Assembly (NCBI GenBank): GCA_963665235.2
Contig: CAXXLX010000001.1
Location: 2,464,001 to 2,528,000 of the forward strand
DNA length: 64,000 bases
From: Candidatus Poribacteria bacterium
Lineage (GTDB): Bacteria > Poribacteria > WGA-4E > WGA-3G
Direction of reading: 5' to 3'
Shown piece by piece: positions 51,475-61,028 of this stretch (position 1 is its first letter; each line of letters starts with the position of its first letter). The translations under genes and the position numbers were made by a program. Under the pieces are notes generated by a model that searched no databases, was not told the DNA's origin, and saw nothing but the letters and a program-made list of their open reading frames with translations.

Positions 51475-51938
51475 CTGCCGGGGCTCTGATAGGAGAAGGT
51501 TTGAATCACATCGTTCATCAGGAGCCTCTGGGCGATAGTCTCAAGCAGTTCAGCGTTTAAGACACCTGTGAGCCAATACTTATACCCTGTTTGGACGCGG
51601 TTGACACCTGTAACCCCCAAATCTTTTATGCCTTTGACGGTACTATCGCCGACTGCATCGGTGACACCGGGTTTGAATTGAACCTCCAATGCCCAGGTTT
51701 CTGTGGAGTCGCTTTGGCGGTCAAACGCGTAAGTTTGTGTAATTGGGTCGGCGAGGAGTTCAGCGGCGATTCTGTCGACAGTTTGTGCATCTAATGCGCC
51801 TTCAATCCAATAGAGCGTGGCTGTTCGCACGGAATCAACGCCACTGATACCGAGGTCAGCGATATCTTCAAGGATACTCTGCCCGACGGTATCGGGGACC
51901 TCGGGTTTATAGTAGACTTCAACTTTCCAATTTTTCAT
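51471..51938 (-). CDS. purS: Tandem PurS-like domain protein (FGAM synthase subunit)
   Basis: Two KP.V.D.VG...LL.D.I units. Confidence 0.7.
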   Translation of the reverse strand: MKNWKVEVYYKPEVPDTVGQSILEDIADLGISGVDSVRTATLYWIEGALDAQTVDRIAAELLADPITQTYAFDRQSDSTETWALEVQFKPGVTDAVGDSTVKGIKDLGVTGVNRVQTGYKYWLTGVLNAELLETIAQRLLMNDVIQTFSYQSPGS

Positions 51939-52030
51939 GGTTTTTCGGTTGCATCCCAGTTTTTTTTAAGGTATTCTATATTTGGGCAATTGCCAATCTG
52001 ACCTACAAGAAGGAGTTTCGTTTTAGTCAC

Positions 52031-52288
52031 ATGCCAACAGAAGAAGCCAGTCCCAAGACGCTTATGATTATTGTCTGCGTTATCGGTCTTATTTTCGCTA
52101 TTGTTATGGTTATTCTCTTTTTCAATGCTGCGCCGGCTCGTTCTAATATTGAGGTGCATCGGCAGTCACCGGAGGCGGATGCATGTCTGAAGTGCCATTT
52201 GATAGGTGACGAAAAATCGCCGACGATGCCACATCTTAATTTGGGTGGATGTAATCTCTGCCACGGGTTAGCCGAGGAATCGCGCTAG
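52031..52288 (+). CDS. Small membrane-anchored diheme c-type cytochrome
   Basis: One TM; CLKCH and CNLCH; additional H and M residues. Confidence 0.75.
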   Translation: MPTEEASPKTLMIIVCVIGLIFAIVMVILFFNAAPARSNIEVHRQSPEADACLKCHLIGDEKSPTMPHLNLGGCNLCHGLAEESR

Positions 52289-53152
52289 AACTGCCACCCA
52301 TGTTATCCCGTTTTCTGCTTCACGCGCGATGTGGACGCATTCCAATCCGTTATCTGCCAAAACTTCTTGAACCTGTTCACGTTCTGTCTCCAAAATTCCA
52401 GAAAAAATGACATGCCCTTCGGGGTGCAAACGTGAAGGACAGTGCGGAATGATAGGCAGAATTACCTTTGTCAAGATGTTTGCCACAATAAGATGGTATG
52501 TCCCTTGCAAGTTTTTGATACCGTCCCCCTGGAACAAATTGATTTGCTGCGCGACACTGTTCGTTCGGAAATTTGATTCAGCCACAGGGATTGCTGTCTG
52601 GTCCAGTTCAGTTGCATCGACTTGTGCAGCCCTTAACTTCATGGCAGCGATGGCGAGTATACCGGAACCGGTGCCGATATCTGCAACATGTTGATGCGGT
52701 TTCACGTTTTGTTCCAAGAGTTCCAGCGATAGCCGGGTTGTCGGATGATACCCGGTACCGAATGCCATTCCTGGGTCAAGTCGGATGAGTATGTCTTTCT
52801 CATCAGGTATTGTCCTATCCCACGTTGGCACGATAAGCAGATGTTTCCCGATGCGCTGCGGGGTAAAATTGGCTTTCCATGTTTCCGCCCACTCCTGCGA
52901 TTCAACCCGTTTTAAGTCAATTTCAGCGGGGTGTGCCTGAATTCCCCAAGTTGGCAGTTTTTCAAGAAAATCGCGTAATTTCTGAACCCTTGCGCCGATG
53001 CGGTCGTCTAGCGGATAATAGGCGATAAGCTGCGTTGTTGAATCTGGACTTTCTTTGACCTCAACGCCAACAGCACTCATCTCGAAAAGATAATTTGCCA
53101 CCGCTTCAGAGGCTGTGTAAGCTGTCGTTACGGTGATTTTTGCCCAGTTCAT
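52268..53152 (-). CDS. prmA: Ribosomal protein L11 methyltransferase
   Basis: LDPGMAFGTGYHPTT, DIGTGSGIL, VANIL; follows dnaJ. Confidence 0.95.
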   Translation of the reverse strand: MNWAKITVTTAYTASEAVANYLFEMSAVGVEVKESPDSTTQLIAYYPLDDRIGARVQKLRDFLEKLPTWGIQAHPAEIDLKRVESQEWAETWKANFTPQRIGKHLLIVPTWDRTIPDEKDILIRLDPGMAFGTGYHPTTRLSLELLEQNVKPHQHVADIGTGSGILAIAAMKLRAAQVDATELDQTAIPVAESNFRTNSVAQQINLFQGDGIKNLQGTYHLIVANILTKVILPIIPHCPSRLHPEGHVIFSGILETEREQVQEVLADNGLECVHIAREAENGITWVAVLARFLG

Positions 53153-53170
53153 GCTTATGAATACACCGCG

Positions 53171-54289
53171 TTATGTAGTGTTCTCGTCGTCTCTATTCTG
53201 AAAGAGTCTATCCCAAAAGCCGCTCTGTTCGGTTTTGACGGTTTCGCCGTAGAGTTCAGCGAAATGTCCCAAAGCTTTACGTTGCTGCTCGTTGAGGTGT
53301 GTTGGCGTTTCAATCGCGATTTGTACGACGAGGTCTCCGCGGCCGGGATGTTTGTAATGGGGAATCCCTTTGCCTGGGATATGTAGTTTTTCGCCGTATT
53401 GAGTTCCGGGGGGTATTTGCAATTTTTCTGGTCCTTCAATCCCCTCAATTTCGATTGTGCCGCCGAGTGCTGCTTGTACAAATGAGATTTTTGCGCCGGT
53501 GATTAGCTCATATTGTTCTCGACTGAAACGTTTGTCCGGCGTGACGTGCACGACTACGTGCAGGTCCCCGGCAGGTCCGCCGTTGTAACCTGCTTCCCCT
53601 TGCCCGCTCAATTTATATTGAGTGCCGTTATCGACACCTTTATCGACCTTGAGTTTAATTTCCCGTTTGACTCTAATTCTGCCTTGTCCTTTACAGCTGC
53701 GGCATGCGTCTTTAATAATTTCGCCTTCCCCGCGGCAGCGCGGACAGGTTCGGGACATCGTAAAAAAACCGTGGGTTTGGATGACCTGTCCTCGTCCGTG
53801 GCACTGTGGGCATATTGAAGTTGTCGTTCCTTTTTCTGCGCCACTTCCCTCACATTCGGTGCAGGCTTCAACGCGCGGGACCTCAAGTGTGACATCTTTT
53901 CCGTGGAAGACATCCTCTAGGGTAATCTCTAGATTGTATTGTAAGCTCCTGCCCTGTTTCGGTCTGCTTTTCGAGGGGCCGAATCCACCGAAAAGGTCGC
54001 CGAAGACTTCGGTGAAAATATCGTCTAGGTTTCCGCTAAATCCGAAGCCGCTGCTACTGCCTTCTAGGCCTGCATGGCCGAATTGGTCGTACCGTCGTCG
54101 CTTTTCAGGGGTCCGCAAGACTTCATAAGCTTCGGTTGCTTCTTTGAATTTTTCTTCGGATTCCTTATCATCGGGGTTTTTATCGGGATGATATTTTATT
54201 GCGAGTTTCCGATAAGCCTTCTTAATTTCCTCTTCATCGGCATCGCGTGCGACGTTCAGAATTTCATAATAATCTCGTTTTTGTGCCAT
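53171..54289 (-). CDS. dnaJ: Chaperone DnaJ
   Basis: J-domain HPD, G/F region, four CxxCxGxG repeats. Confidence 0.97.
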   Translation of the reverse strand: MAQKRDYYEILNVARDADEEEIKKAYRKLAIKYHPDKNPDDKESEEKFKEATEAYEVLRTPEKRRRYDQFGHAGLEGSSSGFGFSGNLDDIFTEVFGDLFGGFGPSKSRPKQGRSLQYNLEITLEDVFHGKDVTLEVPRVEACTECEGSGAEKGTTTSICPQCHGRGQVIQTHGFFTMSRTCPRCRGEGEIIKDACRSCKGQGRIRVKREIKLKVDKGVDNGTQYKLSGQGEAGYNGGPAGDLHVVVHVTPDKRFSREQYELITGAKISFVQAALGGTIEIEGIEGPEKLQIPPGTQYGEKLHIPGKGIPHYKHPGRGDLVVQIAIETPTHLNEQQRKALGHFAELYGETVKTEQSGFWDRLFQNRDDENTT

Positions 54290-54323
54290 CTGTACTCCTA
54301 CCTACATTCGGTTTAGGGGCCGC

Positions 54324-55058
54324 TTAGTTATTCGGCTCGTTTTCTGTATCTTGCTGCTCGGTATTTGGAGAGGGTTCGGGTTCTTCAGCAGGGCCCTTGG
54401 AAACGACAACTTGCGCTGCTCGGATTAACCGTTCGTGCAAGAGATAGCCGCCCCGGAATTCTTCAACGACATCACCTTCCGGAACATCTGTCGATTCTGT
54501 GGCGAACACCGCCTCATGCTGATTCGGGTCAAACGTTTTACCTACCGCTTCAATGGACGTTAGTCCGTGGGTTTTGAGAATATCCAAAAGTTGTTTATTG
54601 ACCAGTTGTACGCCTTCGCTGAAGGTTGAAAAATCTGAAGCAGTCCTGTCCGAATCAGTTTGCCCATCAGCACTTTTAATTGCTGCCTCAAGGCTATCTA
54701 GCACAGGAATTAGGTTTTCAATTAAGTTTTCATTTGCGTATTTAAGTCGCTTTTGTGCTTCGCTTTCCACACGTTTTTTTGTGTTTTCAGCGTCGGCGGC
54801 GGTCCGTAACAGAAGTTCGCGTTCCGCTTCATATTGCTCCCGTTCAGCTTGTGCGACGGCTTCTATTTTTTCTGCAAATTCCGCCTTGAGTGCTTCAAGT
54901 TCCGCCTCAAGGGTTTCTACTGTCCGTTCCGCTTGTGCGTCGTCGGTACCTGTAGGTTCATCAATCGTGTTTTCGCTGTCATTTGTTTCGGGTTCGGGAG
55001 TCTCTTCCGTTTCTGTTTCTGTTTCTATTTCTATCGGTGTCTCTTTAACTTCATCCAT
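54324..55058 (-). CDS. grpE: Nucleotide exchange factor GrpE
   Basis: LIPVLDSLE, FDPNQHEAV, GY.LHERLIRAAQV.V. Confidence 0.95.
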   Translation of the reverse strand: MDEVKETPIEIETETETEETPEPETNDSENTIDEPTGTDDAQAERTVETLEAELEALKAEFAEKIEAVAQAEREQYEAERELLLRTAADAENTKKRVESEAQKRLKYANENLIENLIPVLDSLEAAIKSADGQTDSDRTASDFSTFSEGVQLVNKQLLDILKTHGLTSIEAVGKTFDPNQHEAVFATESTDVPEGDVVEEFRGGYLLHERLIRAAQVVVSKGPAEEPEPSPNTEQQDTENEPNN

Positions 55059-55096
55059 TTATAAATCACCTTTATCCTTTCGGTGTCCAGGGGCAT

Positions 55097-55861
55097 TTAC
55101 AAAACTGACCGTTTTTGGGTGTGAACAGCGTCAGCAAATTGCTTCATAAGTTCGAGGGAGCCGCGTTTTTCAAGCACGTTCCCTGTGACGATGAAGTCTG
55201 CGCCTGCGTTTACCTTTTGTGCTGCGATTTCGGGGGTCCGAATGCCGCCTCCAACAATCAGTGGTATACTAATTTGTGCTTTCACTGTGGAAATCAGTGC
55301 ATCCGGGATGGGCAGCTCCGCGCCGCTTCCTGCTTCCAGATAGACCAATTGCATGCCGAGGTATTCAGCGGCAAGGGCATGCATACTGGCAATATCCGGC
55401 TTATCGCGTGGGATAGGCGTTGTCCCGCTCATAAATTCCACCGATGTTCGGTTACCGCCTTCAATCAGCATATACCCTGTTGGAATAGGTTCAAGGGCAT
55501 AACGTTGTATCCACGGGGCAGCTTTCACCTGCTCGCCGATAAGATAGTTGGCGTTTCTGCCACTGATGAGGCTCATATAGAGTACTGCATCGGCATGTGG
55601 CGTGAGATGCATTGAATCACCGGGGAAGAGCACGAGAGGTAAGGATGTTTCTTGCTTCAATGTTTCCGCAATCGGGTGCAAATCGTTCGTCAAAAAGCTG
55701 CCCCCGAGCAAAATTGCATCTGCGCCAGCCCGCTCAATTTCGCGCGCGAGTTTTCCGCACTTCTCAACCTCACACTGCTCCGGGTCAATTAAGACGAAAT
55801 AGCCTGCACACTGTTTATCTAATATCTCATGGAAGTAATTAAAAACCCAATTTGATGTCAA
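55097..55861 (-). CDS. Geranylgeranylglyceryl/heptaprenylglyceryl phosphate synthase (group II-like)
   Basis: LIDPE, ILLGGS, LFPG, SLISGRN..YLIGEQV, YLEAGSGA, VGGGIR. Confidence 0.9.
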   Translation of the reverse strand: MTSNWVFNYFHEILDKQCAGYFVLIDPEQCEVEKCGKLAREIERAGADAILLGGSFLTNDLHPIAETLKQETSLPLVLFPGDSMHLTPHADAVLYMSLISGRNANYLIGEQVKAAPWIQRYALEPIPTGYMLIEGGNRTSVEFMSGTTPIPRDKPDIASMHALAAEYLGMQLVYLEAGSGAELPIPDALISTVKAQISIPLIVGGGIRTPEIAAQKVNAGADFIVTGNVLEKRGSLELMKQFADAVHTQKRSVL

Positions 55862-55945
55862 CCGTAAACGTCCCTATATTGGTTTATGAAAATTTTAACA
55901 ATTTTAACATATTTTTGACGGTTTGTCAAATTGATTTTTTTCTAT

Positions 55946-56580
55946 GGGGTGTGTAAAGTTCTTGTACTTATGTTAACGTGAGCTTGATAATAAATATCCG
56001 TTTGCTCTAAACCTTTTTCATCGCGAAAAAAGCGGTATACTTGTAGCATAAACTTCCTAGTTTGTGCTGTTTTTTGCTAAAACTACCACAGAACGCTCTA
56101 GGTCAAAACTTTTTTCAAACTTGCATTATGTTACATCTTTTTTGTCTGAATGCACGTCGCATTTGGGCGAGTACGCCGCAAATCGCGGATTATCGCGGAG
56201 GACACGGATTTCGCGGATTTTAAGCTGTGTATGCCTCGAGGTTTTGTGATTAAGAGGGGGTGTTTTTTCAGTAGTGACGGACAGTTGGGTTGTCCGATGC
56301 CTTTCAATTCTTCTTTATCACGCGAGCTTGATAATAAATGCCCGTTCGCGCCAAACGCTTTTCATGGTAAAAAAAAGCGGTATACTTGTAGCATAAACTT
56401 CCTAGTTTGTGCCGTCTTCGCTTGTAGCATAAACTTCCTAGTTTGTGCTGTCTTCGCTTGTAGCATAAACTTCCTAGTTTGTGCCGTCTTCGCTTGTAGC
56501 ATAAACTTCCTAGTTTGTGCCGTCTTTTGATAAAACTACCGCAGAACACCGCAGGTGAAAACTTTTTTCAAACTCACGTC
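55946..56580. repeat. Composite repeat: TIR end plus duplicated module with GTAG-REP units (1 + 4 copies)
   Basis: Starts GGGGTGTGTAAAGTTCTTGTACTT, matching the right end of 44273-45628; CTTGTAGCATAAACTTCCTAGTTTGTGC at 56040 and 56385-56520 (36-bp period). Confidence 0.7.
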
Positions 56581-56869
56581 TTTATACATAAAATTCTCTT
56601 TATACATAAAATTCTTCTAAAGTGAACGTGTTAGTCTACTGCCCGTGAAAATTTCTGAATGTATCACGAATTTTCATGGCTATAGATTCAATGGTTCCGA
56701 TATCAAGGGTCATTATATCAGTCTCTTCCAACTCAGTCCTGACGCTTTTTGACATCATGCCGTAGATGAAATTATGAGATGTGAACCAGTTATCTATTTC
56801 CATCTCAGGAATTTCGCGTTCAACTTCTACTACCCTCATCAAAATCTTCGGTGTGGAGACCCCGTTGCT

Positions 56870-57973
56870 TTAGCACGGGGAGGAAACACCGCTCCTATAT
56901 TGAAAGTTCAAGCGTGTGAGGACTTGAAAATCTGTGCGTTTCGCACCCGTTGTGAGGCGTTGACCTTCTAAGCTATAGATAGAAAACACCCCTTTTGCAT
57001 TAATACCCGTAATAGGATGTCCTCGGTGGGACCTCGGACGTGTGATCCCGTGTTTGCTGTGCTTTATCACCGTGTTTTTCACAAGTCCGTTGCCTAACAC
57101 AGTCCCGCCATATCTTGACCGTATTCCGCCCTTTGCTGGTTGTTCTCGGTGCAAGTTACGCCTTGCTACGGGTATCGGGGATATGCAAAACACGGCTGTA
57201 TTGTCGGGTTTGAGTGCCATCGCTTTCTTTGTGTCACCATTGACAACCGAATGTGCCATCACCCAACTATCAACGCAGTGTGCATAGAAGTCATCAGAGA
57301 GTTTGTCTTGGCTCTTCTCTAATCCTAATGCCTTCCTCCGCGCGGAAGTCCACCTGCCTTTATAGCAAAACACATTTCCAACGCCATAGCGTGCTATCAA
57401 CTCAGAGACAAACCAGCGTTTACCAACCTCCAACGGACTAAAAGCTGTGTTCCATCGCTTCTTACCCGGTTTTGTTCTTGCCTTGATGTCCTCCACACAG
57501 ATTTTTGTGACAGGATACAAGTCAGACAACCAATCCAGGATGCGGAGTTTCCAATCCCAACGGGCCCGGGTGCCTGCGGGGAGTTTCTGTCTGTTCGCAC
57601 CTTTGTTGGTGCGGTTCTTGCGGTTGGGACACTTCCGAGAACGTCCGAGGTCCCACCGAGGACATCCTCTCCCTCTGCGGAGTTCACGTCTTTTCTCAAC
57701 CTTCTTTCCAACTTTGTTATGTGCATCTGCCTGCACGTTCAGATACGTATGCGTCGCAGATTTGACGGTAAATCCCTCTTTCTTACTTCCAGGATCCACA
57801 CCGACAACAATGTCTTGTGTTTCTCTATCACTCGGTTCTTTGTTGAGACGGACACAATAGACACCGTTGTTCCAATAAGGTGTTGCTTCACCGCGTTTGA
57901 CAAGTTTCCTTGCACGTGCAGCATGCATCGGCATCAGCTGTTGTCCGTCGTTTGTTTTGACTGGCACAAACAT
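56870..57973 (-). CDS. isrB: IsrB RNA-guided nickase (PLMP/RRXRR + split RuvC, no HNH)
   Basis: QLMP..ARARKL; RuvC-I VGVDPG; Arg-rich helix; RuvC-II VEDI; RuvC-III HCVD; 367 aa with no HNH motif. Confidence 0.85.
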   Translation of the reverse strand: MFVPVKTNDGQQLMPMHAARARKLVKRGEATPYWNNGVYCVRLNKEPSDRETQDIVVGVDPGSKKEGFTVKSATHTYLNVQADAHNKVGKKVEKRRELRRGRGCPRWDLGRSRKCPNRKNRTNKGANRQKLPAGTRARWDWKLRILDWLSDLYPVTKICVEDIKARTKPGKKRWNTAFSPLEVGKRWFVSELIARYGVGNVFCYKGRWTSARRKALGLEKSQDKLSDDFYAHCVDSWVMAHSVVNGDTKKAMALKPDNTAVFCISPIPVARRNLHREQPAKGGIRSRYGGTVLGNGLVKNTVIKHSKHGITRPRSHRGHPITGINAKGVFSIYSLEGQRLTTGAKRTDFQVLTRLNFQYRSGVSSPC

Positions 57974-57984
57974 AAGTTTGTTTT

Positions 57985-58249
57985 CTCCTTACGGAAGTAA
58001 AACGGATGTGAGAGAAAACGGATGACCGTAGGTCATTTGTTTTCCCTCTTTCCTTCCGTCGGGTATATATTGCCCCATCCAGATCAGGGGTTCGTAGTGG
58101 AATCAGACTTGGGGAGCATCCGAAACATACTTTAGGCTGCCACACCCAGAACCCCCGATATATTACTGTAGAAAGTAGTTTAACTTGTGGATTGACTGCT
58201 TGGCAGGCAGTTCGCACAAGCCCCCACGCTTTAGCGGGGGGTTACTGAC
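57985..58249 (-). ncRNA. Putative omegaRNA scaffold (guide from the flank above 58249)
   Basis: About 270 nt non-coding region between the element end and isrB, containing GGATGCTCCCCAAGTC typical of IscB/IsrB leaders. Confidence 0.7.
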
Positions 58250-58596
58250 TCTAACCATGTATTCATCAAGTTTCATGGGTAGAGCCTGCATGAGTGTAAA
58301 GTGATAGCGTATGTATTTGATTTCGACTAATGACCAATCTATATCAAAACCTTTTGATTCTTCTTTCAAAACTTCTTCAAATTTTTCCTCAAACTTAACT
58401 TCCATGATTACCTCCCCTTATTCATTATTTTGCTGCTAACCCGCCTACTACGTGGACAGTTTTTACCGTGCAGCACTGGCATCCGTCGCCAGCAGTCGCG
58501 CTTAATTAACGCGATAATTTAATTTTACACTAGGAGTGTAACACATATTTTGCCACTTGTCAAGTGAAAATAGGTTCGCTCCACCCTTGCGCCGGG

Positions 58597-59677
58597 CTAA
58601 ACAGCGAGTGTTTGTATAGGGTGTTCAACGAGATGCGATAAAGAATATTCATCGGAACGCGGCTCATACTTACCATCGTAATCAGGAGCTGTCCAGGAAG
58701 TATGCCACTCCGTTGCACCATTTTGACCGACGTAAAGCGTGTTTCCAATAATTGCCCAGGCTGTTCCATCCGCTGCAAACTTAACGCTACTCGGGAGAAT
58801 CCGGCTGATAGAGGCTTTAGTGAGGTGCTTGTTTATTGGAGTCCACATCCTTCCGCCATCTTCTGAACGGCAGAGGTGTGCCTTCCCACCCCCTGGGACC
58901 ATTTTGCACCGCAGCAAGTAGGAGGTCAGGGTTTGTCGGATGCACGGCGATAGCAACGCCATAACGAAGCGGCAACCCTTCTACACGATGCTCCCACGAA
59001 TTTCCACGGTCAGTACTGATATAAACACCGCTGGCAGTGTTCGCATAAACGTTGTCATCCGCCGCAGGACACGTGGTAACCTGATGAACATCTTTATTTA
59101 GTTCCGGTGTGACAGGCTCCCACGAAACGCCTTCATCGGGGGAACGCATGATGCTTCCGACATGGACATCAGCGTAACAATAGCCATCTTGGGTTTTCGC
59201 AAGACTCCACACGGAGGGAGGACCACCCCACGGCGTGTACCACTCCTCCCGACAGGCTAATTCATCGAACGCAACGACCCGTTCTGCTGGACCCTCTCCC
59301 TCAGTGAAACGATAGAGATGTGCCCCCTGGTCGGTTCCGATGAGAAGTGTCAACGGCTCTTCGCGAATAAGCAGCAATGAGGCGATTGGTTCTTCTATGC
59401 CTGTTTCAATACGTTTATTATAATTTTCTTGATGAATTGTTATTGTTCCATTCCATAGCATGGCTGATACGGTTTCACTTGGGCCTTTTGCCAGAAGTAG
59501 GAGTTTTCCATCCAATAGCGGAACTACTACGGTTTGCTTTTCGGGTAGAACAGCCATTCCCCGGTGATTGCCTCTACCTCCCAGACACCGATGGTCTAGA
59601 ACAAAGTCAAGTTCGACAGGTTTACCACTCCCATCATCGTTAGCGGTATAGATACCGTTGTAAGTTGCAAAAAACAT
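58597..59677 (-). CDS. BNR/Asp-box repeat (sialidase-like) beta-propeller; frameshift near 58890
   Basis: RSPDEGVSW and STDRGNSW, then RSEDGGRMW in the next frame. Confidence 0.7.
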
Positions 59678-59879
59678 TATGTCCTCTCCTTTGTTGTGTA
59701 GTGGTTGAACGTTTTCGGACTGAATCGAATTTTTCAACCGTTTCTTGTTCCGTGTAGGTAGTCGTTGAAGAATCTCGGTCTACGTCATCCATGAGAAGAT
59801 AGGACTTACATCCCTCAAAATTGCCAGCAGGATAGAACAATTTTGCCATATTCTTGATGATTTGTCAAATTAATTTTTT

Positions 59880-60296
59880 CTATGGGGGTGTGTAAAGTTC
59901 TCCAAGTTTTGTGCCAATGGAGACAACACGGACAATTGCTGCATCCGTTGTCTCTTGCAAGATAGCTATCGCTTCTATTTTACTACCTACCGGAATATGG
60001 GTGCCAATGAGGCGATAGACCGGTGTGGGTTTTTTCGGTTTCCATCCGAGGGGTGCGAAAATGTTATTGTCAATAATCGTTTGAAAAAAGCGTTCCTCAT
60101 GGTCAATCGGTTTCGGTTTAAGGTGCGCATATGGTTTTTCGTTTCGTTTTACACCTATTTTGTGTTCAATTTTGGGAACTATATAGATTATTTCAGGTGT
60201 ATGTGTCTGAAATCTATGCAACATGGCGAGCACCAGAGCGAGACAGCAAAGCAGTATTATGCCAAGGAGGTAGATAGTTTTTAAAGCGCACCTCAT
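59880..60296 (-). CDS. Single-TM hypothetical protein (weakly GspC-like), ending inside a TIR-like sequence
   Basis: TM then NIFAP...YRLIGT; last codons ELYTPP derive from GGGGTGTGTAAAGTT. Confidence 0.5.
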   Translation of the reverse strand: MRCALKTIYLLGIILLCCLALVLAMLHRFQTHTPEIIYIVPKIEHKIGVKRNEKPYAHLKPKPIDHEERFFQTIIDNNIFAPLGWKPKKPTPVYRLIGTHIPVGSKIEAIAILQETTDAAIVRVVSIGTKLGELYTPP

Positions 60297-60366
60297 TCTC
60301 TTCCCTTCCCTGGAGATGTTGCAAGGTATTTTGGGTTTTCTTCTATGTCCGGCGGATAGTGAATCT

Positions 60367-60660
60367 CTAGGCAACCGCATAAGGATAACCGTGCAGTGTC
60401 TCCTGTAGGTCCCTGCCAAGTGGTACCCAACGGTGCGTTTCAACTTTTGGGAGCGTTCCATCCTGCACAATAGTCTTGGCGTGTGAATAATAAAGATAGG
60501 CATCGTTGGAGGCAAACTGTCCGGTAGGAATATTGGAAAGACCTTGTAGACGGAACTTGCCTCCAACGCTTAGAATTAGAAGGAGAAATATGAACACACC
60601 AAAATGTTTGGCAACACGGTAAAATTTCTCAATTTTTTCGTTTTTGTCGTGTGAGGTCAT
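60367..60660 (-). pseudogene. N-terminal fragment of an STT3/AglB-like GT-C membrane glycosyltransferase
   Basis: TM + DAYLYY...G.LP....RW.PLGRD; stops at 97 aa. Confidence 0.45.
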
Positions 60661-60696
60661 TTTTACGATATAGGTTTCACTATTCGGTTTTATTTA

Positions 60697-61005
60697 TCAA
60701 AAACGCTCTGGTAGTGGCGTATGCATGTAAGGGTCACCTGCCCTGGAACGCCACAAATTGATGCTGTAAACAACGTCGTTTTTTAGCAGCATTTCCTCAT
60801 ACATGTCCCATGTTGCATCCGGGGGCACCCCTCGCCGTTCAAGATACGCCGACCTTTCTGCGACGCTCAGGGTATCCCAATACACCCGCGTAGAAAACAA
60901 CCAAATGTGTTGGTTAAGCAGGGCATGTTCGTAGTCCGAAAAATCAACGAAAGCCCCGCCTAATTCAAGCAGGCATGTGAGGTATGTATTCTGAGGATAA
61001 ACCAC
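60697..61005 (-). CDS. Hypothetical protein, divergent partial paralog of the neighbouring gene
   Basis: YPQNTYLTCLLELGGAFVDFSDY resembles YSRAEWLQMLLDKGMHFENRDDY. Confidence 0.4.
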   Translation of the reverse strand: MVYPQNTYLTCLLELGGAFVDFSDYEHALLNQHIWLFSTRVYWDTLSVAERSAYLERRGVPPDATWDMYEEMLLKNDVVYSINLWRSRAGDPYMHTPLPERF

Positions 61006-61028
61006 ATCCGCCTACGCCATCTCATGCT

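Larger units (their letters stand above)
56840..58249 (-). mobile_element. Non-autonomous IS200/IS605-superfamily element encoding IsrB, no tnpA
   Basis: End hairpins GTCAGTAACCCCCCGCTAAAGCGTGGGGGCTTG and TTCCTCCCCGTGCTAAAGCAACGGGGTCTCC; followed by ATGA. Confidence 0.85.
56636..58405 (-). pseudogene. Hypothetical ~119-aa gene interrupted by the IsrB element (58405-58250 and 56839-56636)
   Basis: GGAGG RBS; joining the flanks gives in-frame ...DEYMVR|MRVVEVERE... Confidence 0.7.

Noticed and set aside
56840-58249. IStron (self-splicing intron plus IS) restoring the host gene
   Set aside because: Non-coding part is only about omegaRNA-sized and I see no group I intron core; cannot be fully excluded without a covariance search.
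58430-58515. ZTP riboswitch-like leader (GACTG..GGCGA)
   Set aside because: Lacks the conserved GGUGGG/CCAC stem and 3' CGCCUGGG; the downstream gene is not recognisably purine/folate related.
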